NCBI GenBank assembly: GCA_951406725.2
Contig: OX597815.1
Coordinates: forward strand, 178,312,001-178,376,000
Length of the DNA: 64,000 nt
Direction of reading: 5' to 3'
Source: Octopus vulgaris
Lineage: Eukaryota
The notes under the pieces are model-generated. The model worked only from the letters and a program-made list of their open reading frames with translations. It was not told the DNA's origin and searched no databases. This document shows, in pieces, positions 52,350 to 64,000 of the stretch (position 1 is its first letter; each line of letters opens with the position of its first letter). The translations under genes were made by a program, and so were the position numbers.

Positions 52350-52564
52350 GAAGAGGGGGGAAGGGGATAGAGGGAAGAGGATGGGAGGGAGGAGGAGGAG
52401 TGGTAGCAGCAGCAACATTAGTAGTAGTGGTTGTAGTAGTAGTACTAGTGGGAGGAGGGGAGAGAGGGAGGTGGAGGGGTGGTAGCAGCAGCAACATCAG
52501 TAGTAGTAGTAGTAGTGGTTGTAGTAGTAGTAGTAGTATCAGCAACAGCAGCAGCAACAGCAGC

Positions 52565-52629
<65 letters not shown>

Positions 52630-52635
52630 CAGCAG
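52276..52635. repeat. Compound trinucleotide tract (CAT/TAG/CAG/GGA)
   Basis: Directly visible. Confidence 0.9.
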
Positions 52636-55600
52636 CCAGATGGGGGCCCTTAGCTCTCAACGGTTTTGGAGGATTTTTCAAATCTAAATCGTATCTTGCT
52701 TTAATCATTATTTTATTATTATTGATATAATTTGTGATTGATATGTTGTATTACATTTTAATTTGCCTCTTACTTAACAATCTACTGATTGCTTGTTTCA
52801 TAAAACCATCCGCCTTTAACAAAACGTAGCATTCAGTGTTCCTGTGTCAGTTGGCTTTGACAAACGAGGTTTTGTGCTGGACGAAGCCGAAAGGATTCTA
52901 AACAGACACTTCCTTCATCGGATTTTCCAAGTTCTAATGGGAAAGGCACGTGAGTGTAGTGATAGAAGGGTTTTCCCCTGACGATTTTGGAAGAAGGTTA
53001 GGGTATATTGGCTTCCTCTAGCAGGCGTCCGTACATTGAAGAGGATCAGGCGAACGACGAAAACATCATCTGTGTATTCCTGTATTTTGCATAATGTCTA
53101 AACATTTTACTTGATTTCCCCTTCCTCTGCCATTTCTTCCCATCGTCTTTTCCATGAAAACCCACACACGTAGTGCAAACTGTCCTGCTAATGGCCCTCC
53201 TCTTATCTGATGCTTCAGTAGCAAATAAAAGGAATTATTATCATTACTGTTATAATTAATATTATTATTTTATCATCATCGTCATCATCATCATCATCAT
53301 TACACACACATACGTGTATATGTATGTGTGTGTGCGTGTATATATATATATATATATGTGTGTGTCTGTGTATGCGTGTGAGTGTTTATACATACATACA
53401 TACATACATACATACATACATACATACATACATACATACATGCATACATACATACATACCTACATACATACATACATACATACATACATACATACATACA
53501 TACATACATACATACATACATACATACATACATGCATGCATGTATATTTATTTTGTAGTACAAAACACTATGTGAACGATATTACAAGTAAATCATGATG
53601 AACAGATTTCTACAGTTGAATGAACTATTATTCCAAAGTTATTTTTCTACTGCTTTGCATTGATCCTCTGCTTTTGTTGATATTTTGGGCTTGTATTTTG
53701 CTATTAATAAACCTTTTGAGGAATTTTATATAGGAACGGATGCACACGAATGACTGCTGCCGTCGGCTGTTCATGCACTTACAAGAAGACATCATTGCTG
53801 TACATTACAATGTAGAGCACGAACCAAATCCAGAGAGAAAACCATTATTTGCGAAAGCTCTGTTTTATATAGGATGCCACAAAAGGAAATACATTAGCAA
53901 TGGAAACTATAAATAGTAAGAGACAAAGAAATCCACATATAGGTAGCGTTACTCCATGAATAAACAATGATTACAAAAACTTGGCATTAACAGGTGAACA
54001 TTTGTTTTCATACACTTGTTACCAGTTCAAATATGCTTCAGGCATATTCGAACCCGTAAGAAAGTTATTCATTGTACTTTGTCAGGGACAAAATTTCTCG
54101 CTAGAGAAAATTTCAGGGAGAAAATTTCTCGTAGGATGCATGCAGTTTGGTGATGTTATCTTCTCCTCAGCAACAGAGAGCGGAAAGGTAGACGCTGCGA
54201 GCTGACACAAGAGACAGGTCCTACTTTTGATATTACCGTCATCGTTCAATAACTGGTCGTGCTATTTAGCGACTCGGCATAAACAAAACACGAGGTGCCA
54301 ACGCTAAGCAGTGGTGTGGATTTCCATGGTTATTACTGCTTATTTCAAAAATGCATTAATGAGACACATCTAACATTGACATCTCATTCACAAGAGGAGA
54401 CTGAGAAGCTCTCGAAAATCTTGGCACAGAAACGTTTTCGTTTCATATTACACATAAAAGACGAATATGGTAAGACAATCATTCATAAAACTAAATGTGA
54501 ACACAGAAAATGTCCCAAATAATACGCGTGTGTGTGTATGTGTATGTGTGTGTGTGTATGTGCGTGTATGTGTTTATGTGACTCTGTGTATCTGCGTATA
54601 TATGTGTGCCGGTATCAGTTCTTGAATTTCCAACCAAACTTTTTATGTTCAAGTTCGGTGAGAACAACAAACGATTTTAGCTTTTCTTAGGGTTTATCAA
54701 TTTAAGTTTCAAACTGTAGGCAAGTCCTGCAAACACGGGACCTATATTAAATCAACGAGCAGAACACTTGAATATGTCCCCCAATGTGGTCATTCTCGTC
54801 TACTCTAAATGTACAACATGCGTCTAGAATCCTTAAAGAACGTTGCTACAAAATCTAGTCCTCACAATCACTGATATCCTATTTTAAGGAACGAAAATCA
54901 ATATAGAAAAGATAGCACCTCAAAGATTGGCCTTCTTCAGAGCTAGGAAATTCCTTTTTCTAAAACTGCTAACTCTACAAAGCTCAACTCCTACACACAA
55001 AAAGGAACAGGTTCTACTTGTAGCACGGGGCTGCAGATATGCTCCCATAAATCGTGGACAACATTAGAGAAAGATTATTACATCCCATACAGCTCTTAAT
55101 GGGTTTATTGGGGTCACTAATGTCAACAAATTCTTTCCACCATCCTAAACTGATTTGTTATTATAAGTATCAAGGGTTTCTATCGCAACTATAACACAAT
55201 TCTCATTCTTTCAATATTATTTCTCCTCTAATTTTTCTTCATTGGTCACATATTTCCTTTCGCTCTTATTCCCACCTTATTTCAAACACTTTTGTATTTT
55301 TTTTTTAATATTAATATATTTCTTATCTCTGCATCCCTCATATCTAAATGTCCATTTTCTTTATCTTGCCATTGTCTCTTCATCCCTTGGTCTTTTATTT
55401 TACCTAACTTGCATATTTAGGTGGTGCTCCAGCATGACAACAGCCTCTGGCAGGAATCGGTAAACGATAAAAGACACTGGATATTTCATTTTACTTCATT
55501 GCAGTTTATACTTTCTGCTCCGTTTCCTCTCTCTCAATCTTCTTTCCATGTTATCTCTTCTTAACTGCAATACTTTGGTTCGGCACCACTAAACCCGAAC

Positions 55601-55726
55601 ATTCTTACTTTTCTTTTGAAATATTATTTATTACTTCTGTCTGGAATTTATTTTTCTTACGTTTTTCTTGTTAGGTCAAGCATGATTCGCTTATTATATG
55701 TATATGTGTATGTGTGTGTGAATATA

Positions 55727-56023
55727 TCTTTATATATAAAAGTAAGGTTGTGTGTCTGTCTCCTACGATTTAGATTCGAAACTACTCCCACATTTTGCTG
55801 TGCAGTTTAACCAAAACCAGGTATCTTATAGTCGTGATTCATATCAAGCCCTTCTGGGTATTAGCGCGCGTCTACGATGAGTCTACAATTTAAAAAAAAA
55901 TTACCATCATTTTTTCCCATTTTTAATGCATTTTTTGCTATTATATAAGGGAAGTAACTCTCTAAAAATGCTTATATAGTTATTTCCCTTACAAACCCGA
56001 GCAACGCCGGGCGATACTGCTAG
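55727..56023 (+). mobile_element. Non-autonomous Helitron
   Basis: A|TC 5' end; CCCGAGCAACGCCGGG hairpin, then CTAG|T 3' end. Confidence 0.8.
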
Positions 56024-56124
56024 TGTATATATATGTGTGGGGGGTATGTGTGTGTGTGTGTATGTGTGCGTGTAAATATATATATGTATATATAAATGTG
56101 TGTGCGTGTGTTTGTATGTATATT

Positions 56125-56320
56125 TTATTGTTTTATTTGTTTCCGTCATTTGACTGTGGCCATGCTGGAGCACCAGCTTTAGTCAAATCGACCCCATAAC
56201 TTATTTTTTGTAAGCCTAGTACTTATTTTATCGGCCTTTTTTGCCGGACCACAAAGTTACGGTGACGTAAACACACAAACATCGGTTGTCAAGCGATGGT
56301 GGAGGCACAAACACAAACAT

Positions 56321-56367
<47 letters not shown>

Positions 56368-56521
56368 CGACGGGCTTCTGTCTACCAAATCCACTTACAA
56401 GACTTTGCTTGTCCCGAGGCTATAGTAGGAGACACTTACCCAAGGTGTCATGCAGTGGGACTAAACCTGGAACCATGTGGCTGGTAAGCAAGCTTCTTAC
56501 TACACAGCCCTTCCTGCGCCT
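56125..56521 (-). mobile_element. SINE family B
   Basis: Homologous to 34552-35014. Confidence 0.85.
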
Positions 56522-56785
56522 ATAGATATGAATGTATATGTATGTATGTGTATATGTATATATGTGCGTATATGTGTGTGTGTGTGCATGTGTGTGTATG
56601 CGTGTTACATTAAACTGAAAGATCACTCAGTATATTTATAGAGTACAAATTATTATTCCTTAACGAAAACAGTATTGACAGTGACTTCGAAGCTTCGGCC
56701 AGCTAAGCCGTTATCGGACAATACCATGATAGTTTAGCAGGCCGAGTCTTCAAAGTCACTGTCAGTACCATTCTTGTTAAAGTAT

Positions 56786-56816
<31 letters not shown>

Positions 56817-58081
56817 CAGGTATTGGACAAAATAATGGAAACACCCAGCATCATAGCATCATAATTTTGAAATATCTGTAAAACCGTCAAAAGCTTATTT
56901 ATTTTTATGTTTTTCCATTTATTAGGATTGCTTAATATGTTTTCCTAAAATTGCTGTTTCTTTTCAGATATCATCAGAAAAGTTTTATTAAAATTCATTA
57001 AAATGACAGGTCTATCTGTCTTTCAAAGGGGTCAAATTGTTGGTGCTCGTATGACAGGCGCTAGCGTAACAAAAACAGCCGAAATGTTTGGTGTATGAAG
57101 AAGTACTGACTCGAAAGTAATGACAGCTTTTGAGAAAGAGGGAAGAAAACCTCCTCGTCGAAGCAAAACTCCAGAAGAAAACCAAAACTTTCAGATAGAG
57201 ACCGTCGGACTCTTATGCGAATTGTGAGAAAGGATCACCAAAGTACAGCTCCCAAAATTACTGCAGTGCTTAATGACCACCTTGAGAACGTAGTTTCCAC
57301 AAAAACTGTTCGCTGGGAGCTGCACAAAGCCGGACTTCACGAGAGGGCTGCAATCAGAAAACCACTACTTTCAAAAACAAACATTGCAAGGCGTTTAGAG
57401 TGGGGTAAAGACCTACATAATTGGCCCCTGGAGCAGTGGAAGAATGTTATTTTCTCAGATGAGTCATCCTTTACCTTATTTCCGACCCCCGGCCGAGTAT
57501 ATGTGTGGAGACAGCCAAAAGAATCATTTGACCCAGACTGCCTTCTTAAACATGGAGGGGGATCTGTGATGATCTGGGGAGGCTACATCTTTGAAATCCG
57601 CCGGCCCAATGGTCCCCTTCATGGCAGAATTAATAGTCAAGACTAGTTAAGCATTTTATCTGATCAAATTCATACTATGGTTGTGGAACTGTTTCCAGGG
57701 GAGAAACACAATCTTTCAGTATGATAATGCACCAATTCAGACAGCTAAAGTTATAATTGAATGGCACGAGGAACATTCTAGTGAAGTTGAACATCTTATT
57801 TGGCCATCACAATCCGCAGATCTCAATATTATTGAATGTTTATGGTGCATTTCCGAAAAATAAGTAAGGAGTCGATATCCTCCACTATCATCAGTACAAG
57901 AACTGGAGACTATTTTAGCTGAAGAATGGCAAAAAATTCCTTTGGAAACAATTCAAACTTTGTACGAGTCTATACCTCGTAGAATTCAAGCTGTAATTAC
58001 TGCTAGAGGAGGTCTTACCCCATTTTAAAATATATTTGTTTGAAATTTTAAGGTGTTTCCATTATTTTGTCCAAACCCCTG
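56817..58081 (+). mobile_element. Full-length Tc1-like transposon with a disrupted transposase
   Basis: TIRs CAGG..TTGGACAAAATAATGGAAACACC / GGTGTTTCCATTATTTTGTCCAAACCCCTG. Confidence 0.92.
57003..58028 (+). pseudogene. Tc1 DD34E transposase pseudogene
   Basis: WKNVIFSDES, KHGGGSVMIWG, FQYDNAP, WPSQSADLNIIE; several stops and frameshifts. Confidence 0.9.
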
Positions 58082-58694
58082 AATGTGTGTGTGTGTGTGT
58101 GTGTTTGTATTTACGTGTATGTATCTGTATGTATATAGATCCTGACAGATGTGTATATGTCTGTCATGTATATACCTCATACTTAAAATAGAAACGCTCA
58201 ACGAATAGCAGATTCCATTGAGAAATAACAGGTGTGAGTTAATGAGATATTTTTCGAATCAGTCAGTCAACCTGTCTCTTTCAACAACAGTTTAGCGTTG
58301 GAAGTGACAAACATAATATACACAATATATGCATGACATAATTACCCACGCTGATGCAAGCACATATAGGACCTAAATAGATTTAGGTCCTATACGTGTG
58401 TGGACGTATTTCAACATTGGCGGCTTTCGAATGCTATAACATTTACTTAGCTCCATCAACGTGAGATTTTCCGATCGGTGTGGTAGAAGGATTGTGCAAA
58501 ATGTCTTTTGAACACCCACCGAAACTGGTATGAGTGATGCTGTTAGTGTTCGTCTTGAAGATTTGCGTATCAACAGATGCAGGAAAGCATGCAGTGGGAG
58601 AGGAATTCAGAGAGTGAAGTTCTCGATAGGAACAATTGGGAGGAGTGGTTAGAGTGAGTCTTGGGAGGTGGTGTTCAAGCTTGATTCACTTATG

Positions 58695-58736
<42 letters not shown>

Positions 58737-58834
58737 TTATATGTATACAAATCTCTCTATCTCGATAGATACATACATACATATATACATACATATATCC
58801 ATACAGACAGACAGAAATACTCACACATATACGT

Positions 58835-58876
<42 letters not shown>

Positions 58877-58901
58877 ACACACATATATATTTATATATAT
58901 A

Positions 58902-58956
<55 letters not shown>

Positions 58957-59454
58957 GGCAATAATGTAATTGGTTTCATATTTCGATATTGACATCCGAT
59001 GATATGATCGGTAATCGATATAACCATTGATTATTGAAACGCACATAATCAAATATCTGCTATTGCAATAATTCGTTTTTGTTTTGTTCTTGTAAACTAT
59101 GTTTGTCGCTCGCAGCCCGAGTCCGTATCGATCCTTTCACCGACGGCATTATACTGGAGAGTGAGTTTAACGACAAACAGTTGTTGCTACTGGTTTGGGA
59201 GAGGAACAAAAAGCGTTTTCTTTTTTCCCTCTGGATTGCGTCTGTAGCATGAACAGGAGCTCATTTACTGAGACACTCGAAAACTCTTTACTAACAACTC
59301 TGGCAACCAGCAAATTGGATCGGTCTGTAGTTTTCATCCACCGTAGAGCGCGGGTTTGGTGCCCTACGACTTCCATGTGAATGCCCCCCCCCAATAAAAA
59401 CAGTCTCCAAGAACAGCTATTTCATGACACATAGGAAATGAAAATGGCTGCGAA

Positions 59455-59470
59455 CAACAACAGCAGCAGC

Positions 59471-59508
<38 letters not shown>

Positions 59509-59552
59509 CAGCACCACCACCACCACCACCGGCAGTAGTAGTGGTAGTAGTT

Positions 59553-59588
<36 letters not shown>

Positions 59589-60005
59589 ATAGCTGAACCT
59601 TATTGGTTTCTTTGTAGACTTTTCTCAAACAGCCCTCTACTTCATCCACATTTAACTTCCAAGTGGTTGCCATACAGTGTTGCTCTTGTTGTTGATCGCG
59701 GCGGCGGCGCTGGTGGTAGTGGTTTTGGTGGTGGTGGTGGTGATCGTCGTCGTTATGACGAGGAGGAGGAGGAGGAGGAGGACGACGACGACGACGACGA
59801 CGAAGAAGAAGAAGAAGAAGAAGAAGAAGAAGAAAAGAAGAAGAAGAAGAAGAAGAAGAAGAAGAAGAAGAAAAGAAGAAGAAGAAGAAGAAGAAAAAGA
59901 AGAAGAAGAAGAAGAAGAAGAAGAAGAAGAAGAAGAAGAAGAAGAAGAAGAAGAAGAAGAAGAAGAAGAAGAAGAAGAAGAAGAAGAAGAAGAAGAAGAA
60001 GAAAA
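59455..60005. repeat. Compound trinucleotide tracts (TAG, GGT, GAG, GAC, GAA)
   Basis: Directly visible. Confidence 0.92.
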
Positions 60006-60874
60006 GAAGTAGAGGTTAAGTAAAATTGAAATAAGAAATACAAGTAGAGAAATTAACAGAATTCGCGACTATAACGATGTTGATGATGTTGGTTGGTTGT
60101 CTTTGGTGCTGCCTCTTCTTAATTCTCTAAATATTTGTCCACAACTTAAATTCCAACATTTGGCGATAGCTCTGAAAATAGCCTTTCATGTTTACGATCA
60201 ACAAAGACTGATCAATTCAGCTCCTCCACCCCCTCCCAGATCGAAGATCGAGCTGAAGGTTAATCTTCTGACCGATTAACAGGTAATATACCGGATTCAG
60301 AGGATATATTATTAAAAAGAAATTTCCTAATTTGATGTTGCAGATTACCTATGCAAATATAAAGTTTTGCTTTTTGCTTTTTTTTTTTTTAATCTTTTGT
60401 TCGAAAAAGGCACCTAAATAAATTTTCTTCATACTTCATTAGTTTGATTGTGGGGCAAATTTTTTGGTTAGTAACACGACAATTTTGGTGAGATTTTGAT
60501 AACTTCGGTTACAAAATACACATTTCCCCATTCATTCTTTCCAGATATTCTCAGGCTTCATATATAACGAACAATAATTGTTGTAATGGTGGTTAATTTA
60601 TTAAGTAGACGTACATTGTCGACAATGAAAAATTAATTATACGCTGAGAAGATTGCTTAATATTCCGCCCAGTGTTCATCACACTGTATAAATTATAAAT
60701 TAATTGTCTGTTCCTGTGACATTGATAGCATATTAAGCGCAAAACTATTTTAGCCATCAAGCCATCATTCCTATATGATCCCACGCCTTGCTACTTCACT
60801 TCTCCATCCTTATCGGTAGCCACTACACACATTCTTTCTCTCCTTGTTTCTCTCCTTGTTTTGTTTCTGTGTCC

Positions 60875-60910
60875 CTTTCTGTAGAAGACCGTAGGCTCGA
60901 AACATAAAAG
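60875..60910 (+). ncRNA. Degenerate minimal hammerhead (PLE pLTR remnant)
   Basis: cttt-CTGTAGA-a-gaccgtaggctc-GAAAC-AT-A-aaag; core and stem mutations. Confidence 0.45.
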
Positions 60911-61411
60911 ACTTTTTCAATTCCTAAGCGTTATAATAATACATCTGTTTGTTTTGTACACCACCTGTCTGCGTCCTTTCCTTTTGTTTTTTTTTTTCGT
61001 GAACTCTCTCCTTATACACTAATGACTTGCAGATCCACTGGATATCTTTTCTTTCTTTGCCTATCAGCAACCTTTTAAAATATCGTATATGAAATGCCAG
61101 CTATTTTGCATCTCCTTGCCAAGAAAATTGCATCTTTGCAGTAACTATGGACAGTTTAGTAATAATTCCCACACTTTTTTCTATGAATAATGTTTCTTGT
61201 AACCGGTAAATGCATTCGCCGATGTATATACCACCACCGCACACTTCTCCTTAACCATATCTGTATATATTTTATCCATGTGCGGTCTCATCTCTTCCAG
61301 TCAGAGATGCATGATTTCTATACAATGAGATTTTTCAGACGTTCTGCATTGATTGGTAACAGGACAAACAAGTGACATGATATTCAGCTGCTTTCATAGG
61401 AATATATATAC

Positions 61412-61482
<71 letters not shown>

Positions 61483-61526
61483 CATATATAAATATATATA
61501 CACACACTCACACACACACACACACA

Positions 61527-61563
<37 letters not shown>

Positions 61564-63280
61564 ATGTCACTCTCGTAGAATAACATTCTAGAAACTGGAA
61601 ACAATACAAGGTTAAAACGTTCTTCTTACAATCTATAAATGTTATTCCTCATCTACCATTATTCTTCTCTTTCGTTTAGTCCACACATCTATAAAACAAG
61701 CCAGAACAATTCAAATAGATGGCTTACTTCTTCAGACAGACAATATTTTATCTTCGTACAGTTATTGACATTTTACAAATCATAATAAGTCATATAAGTG
61801 AGAGAGCAACTTCTACTAAAACATTCTAAACTAACTGTAATGGTCGTTTGCTTTAGATAAGTATTCAATTAAGGCTAATCAACAATTGTCGACTAATATA
61901 CTACACATCCTCTTTATCGATTCCTGTCACAGTTACAACAGAGTAGAGTCCCCTGATCTTACTATAATTGTGGACAAATCTCATCCATGCAGTTTTTGTT
62001 TCCTTTTTACACAACTTCTATATTTATATCCCCCCATGCCTTGTACAAAGTATTTTTTCACCAAGCTTTCCCTTTAGAATTTCAACTCACTGGAATTCTT
62101 TCTCTGCCAGCATTTTCTACCCACATTGACATTCATCAACCTCATTGTCATAACCAGTAAAGTAAGTCATGCGGGGTGGGGGGTCGTAGGTACTGCACCA
62201 CTTACGAGTATCTCATAAAAACCAGTAACTCTTTGTCCTCTACAAAACGATGTCATGAAGATCTTGTTGAAACTCATCAACCAATTCCTTATTCAACATT
62301 CAGAAACATAAGAAAGAAAAGGTTCACTACCTCTCTAGATCTAGGTATATAAAAAAAAATAAATGATTTCCTAGATAGTTGCAGTGTATCTCCATACTTT
62401 ATTATAACTTCTCCCATCACGATTGTAAAATATCAATGTCTTATAGATAGAAGGTTCGCACTTTGCAGAGAAAATTTCAAATCTTCGGATTAACAGAGCC
62501 TTTCCAAAGAACCGTTGCTCCATACGCTGTTGCAATCACAAGTCGCCACTTTTGCAATTATACTTGTAACAGTAACAAGAGAAAAAATCAACTATAAATA
62601 GAAAACATGGAAGGAAAACAGTCGTTTATTGAGAAGATTTGGTGCTACGATATTGGAATTGACAAGTGGCTGTAAAATTATTTAAGCGTTTTTGTTAAAT
62701 GTACGCGTGTTGTACCATCTATTTATTGTAAGGAGACGATATGCTGCTTCCGGAGCAGTATATAACTATTACCAGTGCGTGTCTTGCATTCGTACAAGAC
62801 CACATATATTTCAAAGACGAAAATTGTCGATTGTCTACACTCCAACTAACAGGGATACGGCTTTGTCGATGGCAGAATGTTGAAAAGGAACGTTGAGCTG
62901 ACGAAATTAAATTTGGTAAAGTAGAATGGGACCACGCAATACGAAGCATTTCTTTCTTCAATTAAATGGTCGTTTTTTTTTTTTTTAATAATTAATTCAC
63001 TTCAGCGACCATTAAGAACAGAACAACGTATCATAGGGAAGTTAGCAGCGCCATCTACTTTTACATTTTCCAATAAACTTAATAATGTCATTTCTTAAAA
63101 TGGCATATTCCAATATTTCCGGATTTGTCCCACCTCGAGTTTCTACAGAGTGCTTTAAACTAAATAAACAAACTCCTTCTACAACACAGAAATAATCGGT
63201 TGGTTTATTCTTATAGACAATGCTCATCAAATATTCGTAGCTATGTCCATTAATCATTATATATACATATATATACATAT

Positions 63281-63480
63281 ACTCTTTTACTTGTTTCAGT
63301 CATGTGACTGTGATCATGCTGGAGCACCGCTTTTAGTCGAGCAAATCGACCCCAGGACCTATTCGTTGTAAGCCTAGTACATATCCTATTTGTCTCATTT
63401 GCCGAACCACTAAGTTACGGGGACGTAAACACACCAGCATCGTAAACACATCAGCACACACACAAACACATACACACGCT

Positions 63481-63525
<45 letters not shown>

Positions 63526-63663
63526 GACGGGCTTCTTTCAGTTTCCGTCTACCAAATCCACTCACAAGTCTTTGGTCTGCCCGAGGCTATAATAGAAGAC
63601 ACTTGCCCAAGGCGCCACGCAGTGGGACTGAATCTGCAACTATGTGGTTGGTAAGCAAGCTAC
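63281..63663 (-). mobile_element. SINE family B
   Basis: Homologous to 34552-35014. Confidence 0.88.
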
Positions 63664-63776
63664 TTTATTTCACAAATTTTGCGGGCTGGACAGAAATATT
63701 GATGAGATGAGTGATGAAATAAATTGATATTAATGGAAAAAGACAGAAAACGCCCACCGATTTTTTGCTTCTCTAA

Positions 63777-64000
63777 AACATTATTATTTTTTACACAAAA
63801 AACAAACCGAGGTATTGAACCTCTTACTTCCATTTTACAATTATTGGAATTAATAGTCAATTTACAAATTAAAACATTATTATTTTTTGCACAAAAAACA
63901 AACCTCTTACTTCCATTTTACAATTATTGGAATTAATAGTCCATTTACAAATTGAAATATTATTTTTTACACAAAAAACAAAACGAGGTATTGAACCTCT
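63777..64000. repeat. AT-rich minisatellite, ~80-95-bp unit, running off the window end
   Basis: TATTATTTTT..CACAAAAAACAAA..AACCTCTTACTTCCATTTTACAATTATTGGAATTAATAGTC is repeated. Confidence 0.85.

Noticed and set aside
62160-62560. Possible second PLE RT thumb remnant
   Set aside because: Similarity (YQCLIDRRF..RAFP) is too faint to call by eye.

Overview
AT-rich, microsatellite-saturated eukaryotic DNA. It is most likely intronic or intergenic sequence from an Octopus-type cephalopod, inferred from the SINE families and repeat landscape. I found no credible host protein-coding exon, and nearly all track ORFs are translated microsatellites or transposon debris. The window holds tRNA-derived SINEs, decayed LINEs (RTE, R4/Dong, Tx1/L1), Tc1/mariner fossils, non-autonomous Helitrons, MITEs and a decayed Penelope-like element (RT plus GIY-YIG). 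The main signal is a set of sequence-divergent, non-coding elements that each carry a type I hammerhead-ribozyme fold with a palindromic stem III. Most sit in (TA)n tracts and have an inverted copy at their 5' end. They include a 12-copy 560-bp tandem array (39331-46167), a 491-bp tandem and inverted element (49001-50667) and several monomeric fold-backs, one with a U3-A8 compensatory core. They look like Penelope-pLTR-derived, retrozyme-like elements. All folds and alignments were read by eye; ribozyme activity is untested.
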